Shown: positions 19,656-29,343 of the stretch, piece by piece | How positions within the stretch are numbered: position 1 is the first letter of the stretch | Layout: the number at the start of each line of letters is the position of its first letter | IMG/VR virus record: IMGVR_UViG_3300009103_000026 | Coordinates: 1,472-65,471 of that record | DNA from: a virus | Taxonomy: Duplodnaviria; Caudoviricetes | Length of the DNA: 64,000 bases | Strand: one strand, 5' to 3' | Made by a program: the position numbers and the translations under genes | Notes under the pieces: generated by a model | Seen by the model: only the letters and a program-made list of their open reading frames with translations | Told to the model about the DNA's origin: nothing | The model's database searches: none

Positions 19656-21557
19656 TTATTCAACGCATCTTTGATACGTAAATGATACGTTCCTATTGTA
19701 CTTACCTGTCTTAGGGTCCCAAGATTCGCTATCGGCATTTTTAAATACTTTATTGCCATTAGCAAGTAATTCAAAATAAAATATATTTATTAAGTTGCTA
19801 ACTTGTGGCTTGGGATTATTATAGAAAAGATGTGTTCCTACACCTCCATTATAAACATCTCCAGAGCCATATGTATAATCTCTATGATATCTAGGTCCGC
19901 CAGTAAGATTTCCGGTAGCTGATGTTAAGGCACCGCTTTCGTATGGATAGTCTATACCAACCTTATCTCCTTCAGCATTTATGAGATACGCCCACTGAGC
20001 GTCCAAAGAAAGAGCTGTCCCTTCCCTGCTTGCGGCACTGTCTAAGAAAGCATTTCCTGTGGAGGGGCCCATCATGGCCTCCACGTTGATTTCTCTAGTT
20101 GAGCTTGTAACTGTTCCTATGGCTTGTAAAACTGGGCCAGTTCGCCTCCCCAGTACCTGTATTTCTGCAAATACGTCTGTTGGATGGTTATCATTTATAC
20201 TAATAGTTTCTGAAAGAGCACCTGAAATATGGTTTGAGGGCCTATCATCATATGCGTAGCTATATGTTATTGTTCCAGCACCCGGCTCATGGTTTATGCT
20301 AGTAGATGTTGCAATGGGATTAAGGGGTAAGACACCAGAAATAATGGTACTTGCAGGTTTTCCAGCAACAAGCCGAGCCCTTTCCAACATCCTGTTCTGT
20401 ACGACATTGAAATATCCAGAAGCTGAGGCATATTTAGTTTCAGTTATTTTATAATCCCTGTCAGGATCATTCACAAGCCCCAGACATTGTTTGTTCCCAG
20501 TGAGAGAGCCATATTCTCTTGTTTCATATCCTTGGACTGTACCATCTATTTTTATACTAGTTAATCCATCTGTAGCACTAGTATCTGATGACACGGTCCA
20601 AGTTTCTGTGGCGTTGCCCGGAATTCCAACTCCAGTATTAAAGACAACCCAGCCTTCGGTTACGGAATAGCCTCCTCCAAGCTCATCCAAAGCAACAGAC
20701 CTAGTATGATTATAGAAATCAAAGCCAGTACCACATAAATTAAGTACTCCTGACTGTCCAACGTCAGCATTTCCAGTACCTAGTAGAGGTAGGACATAGT
20801 CCCTTGCTTGTTGCCAAGCGGGTTTGACCAATCCGTTAGGGCCATATTCTCTTTTTCCATTTGCCGAAACAGTATGGGTAATGGTTATTGCATACGGGGG
20901 TCGATCTATATTTCCAGATATTCCTCCGGCCTGTAGAACGTCTTCGCTGAGAGCTAAGTCATAATAAGATGTATCTTCATTTATTTCATAATCCCAGCTT
21001 TCACTAGCATCAGACACAAACGGAGACTGAGTGCTATCAATCAAAGCTCCAGAGAACGTTCTTCCAGAAGGAAGCATTGAGTCTGGGTCAATTCCACTTC
21101 CCAGTGCCCCGCTAGTATTGTCAATAAGACCGGTTACATTTTCTCTCTGGGGAGAGACATCATATTCCAAGGATATAGAATACGGCCCCTGTTGATACCA
21201 ATTTTGTTCATGTTCGTCAACACCAAATGAGTTAATGCGAGGATAGCATCTGAAAGAGTCAAATGTTCCGTCTTTTCCACTAGTTGAAATTGTAAATAGC
21301 TTGCCTTCTTCTTTGAAGGCTTCTCTAAGTTGCTCTTGTAAGGTAACAACGCCAGAAAAACTTCCAAAAGCTTTGTCGGATGCAGCAGGATACGGACCGG
21401 GAGACAGGCCGGGAATAAGCGTTCCTGCTAGAGTAAAGGAGTGTACGGTTCCTATGATTGTTCCGTCTCCAGCTTTTGTAAATTCTTTTTCTAAGCTGAA
21501 TTTTGGAACTGGTGAAAATTCATAATCACCATATTTCATAATAGTAGTATAAGCCAT
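19656..21557 (-). CDS. Distal tail (Dit-like) structural protein
   Basis: Directly downstream of the tape measure with a TAATG overlap. Beta-strand-rich, with repeated E(S/T)W strands. Confidence 0.5.
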   Translation of the reverse strand: MAYTTIMKYGDYEFSPVPKFSLEKEFTKAGDGTIIGTVHSFTLAGTLIPGLSPGPYPAASDKAFGSFSGVVTLQEQLREAFKEEGKLFTISTSGKDGTFDSFRCYPRINSFGVDEHEQNWYQQGPYSISLEYDVSPQRENVTGLIDNTSGALGSGIDPDSMLPSGRTFSGALIDSTQSPFVSDASESWDYEINEDTSYYDLALSEDVLQAGGISGNIDRPPYAITITHTVSANGKREYGPNGLVKPAWQQARDYVLPLLGTGNADVGQSGVLNLCGTGFDFYNHTRSVALDELGGGYSVTEGWVVFNTGVGIPGNATETWTVSSDTSATDGLTSIKIDGTVQGYETREYGSLTGNKQCLGLVNDPDRDYKITETKYASASGYFNVVQNRMLERARLVAGKPASTIISGVLPLNPIATSTSINHEPGAGTITYSYAYDDRPSNHISGALSETISINDNHPTDVFAEIQVLGRRTGPVLQAIGTVTSSTREINVEAMMGPSTGNAFLDSAASREGTALSLDAQWAYLINAEGDKVGIDYPYESGALTSATGNLTGGPRYHRDYTYGSGDVYNGGVGTHLFYNNPKPQVSNLINIFYFELLANGNKVFKNADSESWDPKTGKYNRNVSFTYQRCVE

Positions 21558-24500
21558 TATCCTCTTCTCCTAGCCTTTAGTCTTTTTAAAATGCCCCCAC
21601 CTTTTTCCATGGAATCTCTGGTTTCACCAGTAACACTGTTCATCTTCTTACCAATCTCAGCCTCAATAACCTCATTTACATAATCTTTAATGCTTCCTTC
21701 CATCAGTTTTGCAAACTCTGTTCCTCCAGTTACAGAAACAGCCACATCAACCTTTCCTGTCATCTGTATAGAACCGTGCTCGTGGTAAATTGGGGGAGGA
21801 TTCCAATCCTTTAGCTGTTGAACCCAGCTACCAAATGTGGTCATAGCACCCTTAATTATATTTGCCGCCTCTATACTAGTGCCGCCAGCACCACCACCAG
21901 TTTGGAGTCCCTGCCTAGCCCCTCTTCGCGTAACTCCCTTAGCCCTAAACCTACTGTCACCATTATTTATAGATTCCAATAGCCCCCTGTTCTGTTGGGC
22001 TGCTTGTCTATTAACAACATATTCTCCAGCAGTTAACATGGCAGGAATAGTGTCTGTTGTGCCCTTTGAAGATGAGCTTCCTACCCAACCACCCTCAGCA
22101 AAATAGTTTCCGCTACCACCTTGCGGGGTACTACTAATCCCCCCTCCCGAAACTAGGGCCCGCTTCTTAGCCATTCCTTCTGCCGTAGGCCTTAAGAAAA
22201 ATTTAAAGAAAGCGTCTTCTTTCATCGCCCTACCGAATCTATCTCCTGCGTCTTTATCTAACTGAGTGCCCGTCTTACCCTGTAGGACATCTTCACTATA
22301 CAGTTCTTCTATTGACTTCCAATCATCTCCGAGGGCCAACCTCCTAAGTGTCGCAAGCGCGCCGGTTTCAGCACCCAGTGAATCATATCCCGGCTTGAAA
22401 CCCTTGTTTAGTTCATCCATTCTCTCCATCCAAGTTTCTATCATCCGTTGTCTATGTCCACTGACATAATCCGACCGTAACTTCGTATCCTGAGCTGCTT
22501 GCTTCCATATCTCAGGAAATCGGTCTCTCAGACCTTCCCAGTCGCCGTACAATTCATCGTTGAAGGTACTGTCTCTAAAGCGCGCGCCTGAAACCACGGC
22601 GTCAAGAGCAGCCTGACCTTTGGTTTCTTGATTGGCTGGCGGATTGTCTGGGTGCCCCGTTTGGAATGCTTGGTCTTTAACGGGTATCTTAAGTGCTTGG
22701 TTGAAATCAAAAGTACCCCCATAATTGAAAGACTCCCATTCCTTCTGCCCCTCCAATGCAACCGATGCTTTATCTCCGAGACCAGCTCCCCATGCGAGTA
22801 TACCACTATCAGACCCGCCAGCAAGCTCAAGGGCGTCCCACGCTGGGGTTGTGAGGGTAGAAGCGCCGACGCCACTACCATCAGTCGAGAAAAACAGAGG
22901 GAAAAACTTCTGCCAAGCAGCACGCAATCTGGCCAGCCTCATTTCCCTAACTTCATCGCTTATCTCTGCCGCAAAAGCAGGATCGCCGCCCCCCTTCAAC
23001 TTCTCCAAAGCCAAATCATTCTGACCTACGTTTACAAACCATGAGGGTTGACCTACGTCGTCTCCAATCCCACCCATGCCTCTAGTAGACGGCCACGACC
23101 ACAGAGCATTCTGCTCTCCCATAAACTCTAAGCCTCTTCTGACATCAACGTTGGTCCTGTCTGCACCCGGATGGCCAGAACCGGGGGAGGTGTCTCGCCT
23201 ACCCTTTCTTTCCCATATATGCCTATCACTTGCTATAAGCTGTTGCCACGCAACCTTCAGGGCTCCCTGAGACTGCATTTGCGCCTCCAGATTTTTACCA
23301 GCATACCAAGCTTCAAGCATAAACTTTTGTATGGCATCCATTCCCTGAAGACTAACTTCGCCCACGCGAGCCGCATCAATTTTTTGCTCCATCGCCTGTA
23401 TTTCAGAGTCTGCTGGTTCATTAATGCCCTGAACTACTGAACTTACCAAATCCTTTTCCCAGAGATTAGGACTACCTAAATCAGGTAGTTGTCCCTGAGA
23501 AGTTCTCAACCAATCTCCGGCACCGGCTCCCCCTACTCCCTTAGAAAGACCTATCAACCGATCTATGGCTTCTCCGGCCCCATATTTTCCCCTGAAGAAA
23601 GCAGCTAAAATTCCCGAAACTCTTTGAGGGTCTATCATAGACCCTGCCTCCATCGCAGCCTCTCTGTTTGCACGAGCCGCAGACTTTGGTGCTTCGCCAA
23701 TCTGATTTTCTGCCTGTTGACGAGACCTTACCAATGGGCCCGTATTAAAGGACGTTGCTTTTGCATAAACATAACTACTTAAATTAGCTTTGGCTATTTT
23801 ACTAAATGCAAGCCCTTCTTTACCCAAGGCCTTCCTTCTTCCAGTCATATCGGAAGCCTGACTCTCTCTTGTTGAGCGAGGAAGTATCGAATAAGGATCA
23901 ATGTCCAGTCCTTTTTGTTTTGCTCTAGCTACCCTTAGATAAGCTTTCGCAAAATCCATTTTTGTTTTGTCTTCTAGAGGAGCCAGCTTCGTTTCACCAG
24001 TTGTTCCACTACTTGGTTGGACCGGAGGCGGATAAGAATACCATCCCATAATACCCTTATCTTTAGCAAGCTTTCGACCTCTAGGAGTGGCCAAAAACTG
24101 ATTCATTTTGTATATTGTCTCTACCTCGGAAATACCCGCATAGTCTTTGGGAACTCCCGGCGCTGTTAAGGCCTCTCCTCCCACAGCCTGCTGCGGAGAT
24201 TGCCGCTGCTTCATCCATGCTTCAAATTCTGGGCCGTCTATTTTTCCACTGGCCCCCGGCGTTGAAAGAAATCGTTTATAAAGTTTCTGTTTTAATTTCT
24301 CGGCGTTTTGCGCCCGATACTTTTCTTTTCGTTTTTCTTTTGCCGCTAGCTTAGGATTGCTCGCTATTACACGCCGCCTAACAACGGCTCCAAAACTTTC
24401 AGCCGCAGCCTTTTGTTCTTGTTGCAGTGCGGCTTCAACTTGATCTGGGGCACCTCCCAAGATGTCAGCCTCTCTAGCTTCTGCCTTGCCCATCGACATG

Positions 24501-27500
24501 AGATCTTTTTCGTACTTACCTTCTCCGGCACTTTTAACAGCTCCTATGAAGCGACTAAGTATTGATAAGCCAGCCGGGTGACTACTACCCTTTCTGGGAT
24601 TTGCAGGATCAACTAACTGCACAGCACCCGGATGCAAGGTCCCTGCACCTACGAACCAGTTATGCAGCCAAGGAGGTAGGTAGCCCCCTCCCAATATTCC
24701 TGTCAGTTTTGCAGTGGTCATGGCCATGGGAGTTCCCATATCAGCCGCCGTCAGTCTTCCTTTCACTGGAGTTGGCTTAAGACCAAAGAAAGCCTCTTTG
24801 CTTAGGGCCTTTTTCGCATTTAGTACAGTAGGCTCCTGTTCTTTCCATCGAGGATGTGCAACCCATGCACCCGTATCATCTTTTATGAGAGGAGGATAAA
24901 TTTCCCAATATTTTTCAGGTGTAATCTTGGTAGTCCCCGGAGCTAGTCCCGGAGATGTTTTTTCTGCCTGCTTAAAGAATTGTCTATGGCCACTCTTAAA
25001 TAGCTTATCAGCAAATTCATTCTTTCTGTCTTGTCTTGCTTGTACGTCATGCCAAAGCTGTTGTTCGACTTGGTCTTGGTTACTCTGAGCAGCCACGTTA
25101 GCTTCATGTTTTTGTCTTATGTCTTCCTTTAGATTTTTTGCATAGCTTGTATATAAGATACTCATGACATGAGGACTAACTGACCTATGTCCGATTATCA
25201 TTCTCTCCAACTCTTTTCCAACTAGCGCAGCGTTAGCTTTTTTTCCCTCTTCGTCCATGGCTTCCTGAGCAGGAATAAGACCTTCCTGTATAAAAGTCTT
25301 TACCATTTCAGGAGGGGGATTGCTTTTATGTTGAGCAACAAAACTTTGAAAGCTTTTAGCCCAAGGAGCTGACGGAGAAAAATACCCGGCCTCTCCTTGT
25401 TCTTTGTGCATTTCCGCATCTCCGGATGCGGTAAACCTATTCAATACTGGAACCTGAATAGTGTGACGACCATACTTCTTTCCCTTGATCCACGCTTTAA
25501 AACTGGCATCACCCTTGGTGAGGTTTTTTCCTTTAAGTGCTTGCAAGTCACCTTTTACCTGTTTCTCCAACGCGACGTTAGCGGACGATGACCCCTTGCT
25601 CGACTTACCCTTCGGAGCAAAAGTTGGTAGCAGCGGGGTTATATTTCCTTGAAATTTAAAATAATCATATAGTGCTATCAAAGCGGGATCATTTTTAATC
25701 AACTTTCCTTTATCATCAACAGTGCCTGCTACCTTACTCAAATTCGACATCGCAGAAGGACTAATACCTGAAGATTGCAATGCCCCCTGAGATCTCAGGT
25801 CTAAGATTTTATCTTCCTGATCTTTGATCCGTTTGTTTTGACGGGCAATCTCCTTCTCAATTTTTTCTCCCCGCTCTTTATATTTCTGCGATGCAGCATC
25901 GTACGATGCTAATGTCGCCGGGTCCGCAGTGCCTGTTGTTGGATCGAATCCCCCGCTAAAACGCCCTCCAAACTTACCCCCCGGATGAGCTGGTGTTCTA
26001 GTAAGACTCGGTATCATCACGGGGTTCTCCCGCTTTTTCTTTAGTTCCTCCCACATCAATAGAACTTCTTTAGTTTTTTTCTTTGACTTCTCTATACTTA
26101 AGATAGCAGGGGTATCTCCATAGCCCCCCGCCCTCTCTTCATTCTTTAGTCTTGCTCTTTCAGCATCAATCTCTTTTTGTTTCTTTTTCTCTTCTGCGTT
26201 GAATGCTCCTGTTGGTCTTGTAACATTTCCCCCGGCTGCAAAATATTGTACCGGGCCACCCAGAGCCATTTTATGACCAGAATTAATTTTATGAAGTAGG
26301 CCTCTGTTCTTGCTCGCAGCATTCTTGTTGATAACAAACTCACCCGGAGTCAGCATGGCTGGAACAGTGTCAGTGCCTTTGGCGGTACCTCCGGCAGCAA
26401 AGGGAACTCCTAAGGCCTCTTTTTCTTTATCGGTGAGAGAGTCAAGCAATTCTTGCGTAACCTGCCCTCCCAGCCTCGGAGGACCAACCGTTGGCTTGGG
26501 CGTCTTCGCGCCAAACCCAGCAGCCTTACTGCGAGAACCGTGAATACCCAAAAAGTCCTGAAGCATCAGGTCGAAACCTACTGCGGTGCGACCAACTTCA
26601 TGAGCCCCTTTTCCGATTCCACGACCAATACCTTTCCATCTAGCGATATCTTCGTCCCATTGCTGCTTGCCGGATGGCATTCGTTTCGTACTGCTGCCAG
26701 CCCTCAAAATTGTCATCAATGGGTCGCCTACATTCTTTTTCGCCCCAGACCCTAACTGCTTCCATCTCTCAATATCCTCATCCCATTGCTGCTTGCCAGA
26801 CGGCATCCGCTTCGTACTACCGCCAGCTCCCAAGATTACTTTTAAGGGGTCCCACAGATTCTTCTTGACCCCACCGCCATCAGCAAACCCCTGCGCATTT
26901 ATAGCATGCAGTGCGTCAGTCCCCACCTTATTAACACTAGACTTTTTAATTACAAATTCGCCGGGAGTAAGACTAGCCGGTACAGTGTCACGATTACCAA
27001 CTCCGGGAACAACTCCGCCCCTAGCCATACCCGTGGTAACTCCCGTGGTCTGGAATTCAAAGGCCACCTTATCAGCCATATTTTGGACATCTGAAACCAT
27101 AGTATTAAACGCTGTCCGTGCTTGAAAAACAAGCTCGTCCATTCCGGTTTCCATAATTTCGATCTGCATGTCAGTAGCAAGCTTTTGTATGTCGCCAAGC
27201 CGTTTCATTTCTCCAATCAGCCCCTGCTCCACCGCAGACCCGCCCTTCCCAGCAAATGCCCCCCCAAGAACTCCGGGCATAGCCCCTCCTAAGCGAGAAG
27301 CAACATTACCTCCCCCCCTACCAAGAAGCCTAAAGAAGTCATCTCTACCTCCTCCTGTACCGCCACCCGCAAGCTGATTAAGGGATGTGAGACCAGCTAA
27401 CTGTTGTCTAGCGCGGCCCCCAGAAGCAGATATTCTTCCCGTGGCTTGGGCTGCCAATCCAGCATTTATTTCTTCAGATATCTTTTGCAGTTCTTCTGGA

Positions 27501-29269
27501 CCAGCAGTAGCAAGTCTTTCCAGAATACCTCTTTGAGCTTGCTTCTTTTGCTCAAACTGAGCAAGCTTAGTTTGGACAGCTTGCAGTCTACTGGTGTCAG
27601 TAGCTAATTGATCTAATGCTTTTTTGTTATCATTAAGAGCATTAATAACAGGATTTAATTCTTCTATTTGTATAGTCGTTATTTCATCTTCAGTTAATTG
27701 TCCTGAAGCTATCTGACTTTCTAGGTCTCTCCTTCGTCCTTCAAGGTTTTGTATTTGTTGGGCTATGACTAGAGGGTTTGATGCGGCGGGGCCCTGTAGT
27801 CCGGTCTTCCTTTCCATCCCCTGCGTAAAAGCTGATGTCATTTCACTTAATGACATATCTTCAAATCTACCTACTGCCTTAGCTATAGAAATATTTGTAT
27901 TTTGCTGTATTTTGGCACCCTTGTCATATAATTTTCCAACTTTTTGATGTATCTGAGCAGTTTTATTCAGAACGTCAATAAGATTTTTTCTTCCGGCAGC
28001 TATAGCATTCCATGCAGCTAACGCTGGAGCAAGGGCATTTTCAGTTGTGTTTCCTATAATTTGTCCTATCTTCTCTGGGTCTTGGGCGATTTGTCCAGCC
28101 GTAAGACCTTGACGAGTTCCTTCTCCAAGTACCTTTTGAAGAGACTGCTCCAAGGCTCCCTGCATTTCTTTCGGAAGGAAGTCTAATGCTCCCCCTCCTT
28201 TAAATGCATTTCTAATTGCTTGCGCCCTGTCCTCAGCATTTAAGCTGGCCAAGGTTTGAACGAATGTAGGAAGAATAGTTTCAAGCTTCTTACTAACTTT
28301 GATACCCGTATCCATCATGCCCGCCGCAGGCCCCCCTCCCATCATTCCTGTTGTTTGGGCTACGGCAGAGGCAATCTCCCCCGGAGTGCTATTTCTAATA
28401 TCTTTTAATATTTTAACATTTTCTTGTGCGGCAGCAGGACCCTGTACTTTTGACATGCCACTCAAGGAAGCAAATAGACCCAGAATTGATTCCTTGGCCC
28501 CTTTAGCATCTTCACCAGCCCTCTCTATTGCTCCGGCCATATCAGCCATAGCCATATTCAAAAGGTTCATTTTTGCTATAGCTTTAGATGTTGCCTGATT
28601 AGCTTCTCTCGTTTCTGTTGCTTGTTCAAAAAGTATCTTAGCTCTTTCTTGAGCCTGAGCTATTTCAAATTGCCGTATCTCGTTTAATGATTTACCTTCT
28701 GCCTTCATCCTTAGCATGATTCTTATGGTTTCCTGATCAGTTGAGTTGAGCGCCCTCAACATCTTTATCTGCCCTGCCGTAAGCTTGCTGGAGTCTGCTG
28801 TTGCAATCCCCATCTCCTTCATGGTATTTCCCCCCACCACAGCAGAATGAAATGCCTTCTCTGCATTTGCTTGGTATTCTTTCGCTGCCTCAGCGCCCTT
28901 TCTTGCAATTTCCGCACGACCTCCTTTTGCCGCCTCCTGAAGACCCGCCTCCCCCTTAAACATGCCAGTAATCATCGCCATGAAAGGCCCACCGGCCCCA
29001 ACAGCAGCTTGACTCATTAACGCGCCCTGATCCAATCCCTGCCGACCAAAAGCTCCTAAGGTTCCTCCTTGTGGGCCGGTCGATCTGCCGGACCCGAAGA
29101 GCCCACTAGTACCACCCAACAAGCCCCTTCCCGCAGTTATACGACCAAAGGCTTCAAACATATCACCAATCGCCGCACCCGTTGCGGCACCAAACACTGC
29201 TACTTGAGTAGCCGAATTATTTGACAAAGTATTAGCGTAATCTTCTCCTGCCTTTAAAGCCGTTCCCAA
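21557..29269 (-). CDS. Tape measure protein, C-terminal part (continues 29344..32280 across a -1 frameshift)
   Basis: Ala/Gly/Gln helical sequence with three DT(V/I)PA(M/S)LT(P/A)GE(F/Y)V cassettes typical of tape-measure C-termini. The frame is open back to ~29359 and the TTG at 29269 has no RBS. Confidence 0.8.
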   Translation of the reverse strand: MGTALKAGEDYANTLSNNSATQVAVFGAATGAAIGDMFEAFGRITAGRGLLGGTSGLFGSGRSTGPQGGTLGAFGRQGLDQGALMSQAAVGAGGPFMAMITGMFKGEAGLQEAAKGGRAEIARKGAEAAKEYQANAEKAFHSAVVGGNTMKEMGIATADSSKLTAGQIKMLRALNSTDQETIRIMLRMKAEGKSLNEIRQFEIAQAQERAKILFEQATETREANQATSKAIAKMNLLNMAMADMAGAIERAGEDAKGAKESILGLFASLSGMSKVQGPAAAQENVKILKDIRNSTPGEIASAVAQTTGMMGGGPAAGMMDTGIKVSKKLETILPTFVQTLASLNAEDRAQAIRNAFKGGGALDFLPKEMQGALEQSLQKVLGEGTRQGLTAGQIAQDPEKIGQIIGNTTENALAPALAAWNAIAAGRKNLIDVLNKTAQIHQKVGKLYDKGAKIQQNTNISIAKAVGRFEDMSLSEMTSAFTQGMERKTGLQGPAASNPLVIAQQIQNLEGRRRDLESQIASGQLTEDEITTIQIEELNPVINALNDNKKALDQLATDTSRLQAVQTKLAQFEQKKQAQRGILERLATAGPEELQKISEEINAGLAAQATGRISASGGRARQQLAGLTSLNQLAGGGTGGGRDDFFRLLGRGGGNVASRLGGAMPGVLGGAFAGKGGSAVEQGLIGEMKRLGDIQKLATDMQIEIMETGMDELVFQARTAFNTMVSDVQNMADKVAFEFQTTGVTTGMARGGVVPGVGNRDTVPASLTPGEFVIKKSSVNKVGTDALHAINAQGFADGGGVKKNLWDPLKVILGAGGSTKRMPSGKQQWDEDIERWKQLGSGAKKNVGDPLMTILRAGSSTKRMPSGKQQWDEDIARWKGIGRGIGKGAHEVGRTAVGFDLMLQDFLGIHGSRSKAAGFGAKTPKPTVGPPRLGGQVTQELLDSLTDKEKEALGVPFAAGGTAKGTDTVPAMLTPGEFVINKNAASKNRGLLHKINSGHKMALGGPVQYFAAGGNVTRPTGAFNAEEKKKQKEIDAERARLKNEERAGGYGDTPAILSIEKSKKKTKEVLLMWEELKKKRENPVMIPSLTRTPAHPGGKFGGRFSGGFDPTTGTADPATLASYDAASQKYKERGEKIEKEIARQNKRIKDQEDKILDLRSQGALQSSGISPSAMSNLSKVAGTVDDKGKLIKNDPALIALYDYFKFQGNITPLLPTFAPKGKSSKGSSSANVALEKQVKGDLQALKGKNLTKGDASFKAWIKGKKYGRHTIQVPVLNRFTASGDAEMHKEQGEAGYFSPSAPWAKSFQSFVAQHKSNPPPEMVKTFIQEGLIPAQEAMDEEGKKANAALVGKELERMIIGHRSVSPHVMSILYTSYAKNLKEDIRQKHEANVAAQSNQDQVEQQLWHDVQARQDRKNEFADKLFKSGHRQFFKQAEKTSPGLAPGTTKITPEKYWEIYPPLIKDDTGAWVAHPRWKEQEPTVLNAKKALSKEAFFGLKPTPVKGRLTAADMGTPMAMTTAKLTGILGGGYLPPWLHNWFVGAGTLHPGAVQLVDPANPRKGSSHPAGLSILSRFIGAVKSAGEGKYEKDLMSMGKAEAREADILGGAPDQVEAALQQEQKAAAESFGAVVRRRVIASNPKLAAKEKRKEKYRAQNAEKLKQKLYKRFLSTPGASGKIDGPEFEAWMKQRQSPQQAVGGEALTAPGVPKDYAGISEVETIYKMNQFLATPRGRKLAKDKGIMGWYSYPPPVQPSSGTTGETKLAPLEDKTKMDFAKAYLRVARAKQKGLDIDPYSILPRSTRESQASDMTGRRKALGKEGLAFSKIAKANLSSYVYAKATSFNTGPLVRSRQQAENQIGEAPKSAARANREAAMEAGSMIDPQRVSGILAAFFRGKYGAGEAIDRLIGLSKGVGGAGAGDWLRTSQGQLPDLGSPNLWEKDLVSSVVQGINEPADSEIQAMEQKIDAARVGEVSLQGMDAIQKFMLEAWYAGKNLEAQMQSQGALKVAWQQLIASDRHIWERKGRRDTSPGSGHPGADRTNVDVRRGLEFMGEQNALWSWPSTRGMGGIGDDVGQPSWFVNVGQNDLALEKLKGGGDPAFAAEISDEVREMRLARLRAAWQKFFPLFFSTDGSGVGASTLTTPAWDALELAGGSDSGILAWGAGLGDKASVALEGQKEWESFNYGGTFDFNQALKIPVKDQAFQTGHPDNPPANQETKGQAALDAVVSGARFRDSTFNDELYGDWEGLRDRFPEIWKQAAQDTKLRSDYVSGHRQRMIETWMERMDELNKGFKPGYDSLGAETGALATLRRLALGDDWKSIEELYSEDVLQGKTGTQLDKDAGDRFGRAMKEDAFFKFFLRPTAEGMAKKRALVSGGGISSTPQGGSGNYFAEGGWVGSSSSKGTTDTIPAMLTAGEYVVNRQAAQQNRGLLESINNGDSRFRAKGVTRRGARQGLQTGGGAGGTSIEAANIIKGAMTTFGSWVQQLKDWNPPPIYHEHGSIQMTGKVDVAVSVTGGTEFAKLMEGSIKDYVNEVIEAEIGKKMNSVTGETRDSMEKGGGILKRLKARRRG
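26633..26866 (-). repeat. Imperfect tandem repeat with 126-bp (42-aa) period inside the tape measure
   Basis: TCCCATTGCTGCTTGCC occurs at 26655 and 26781. KKN..DPL..IL.AG.STKRMPSGKQQWDEDI.RWK appears twice in the protein. Confidence 0.9.
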
Positions 29270-29343
29270 GGAATCTTGAAATCTATGTAGCGCAACAGTA
29301 TTACCTTCTGCTATTTGGTTCTGGAGTTCGCCAAAAGAATCCC

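Noticed and set aside
26633-26866. Repeat pair as a DGR template/variable repeat or a CRISPR array
   Set aside because: Adjacent in-frame coding duplication; differences are not adenine-specific, there are no spacers, and no reverse transcriptase or cas gene is in the window.
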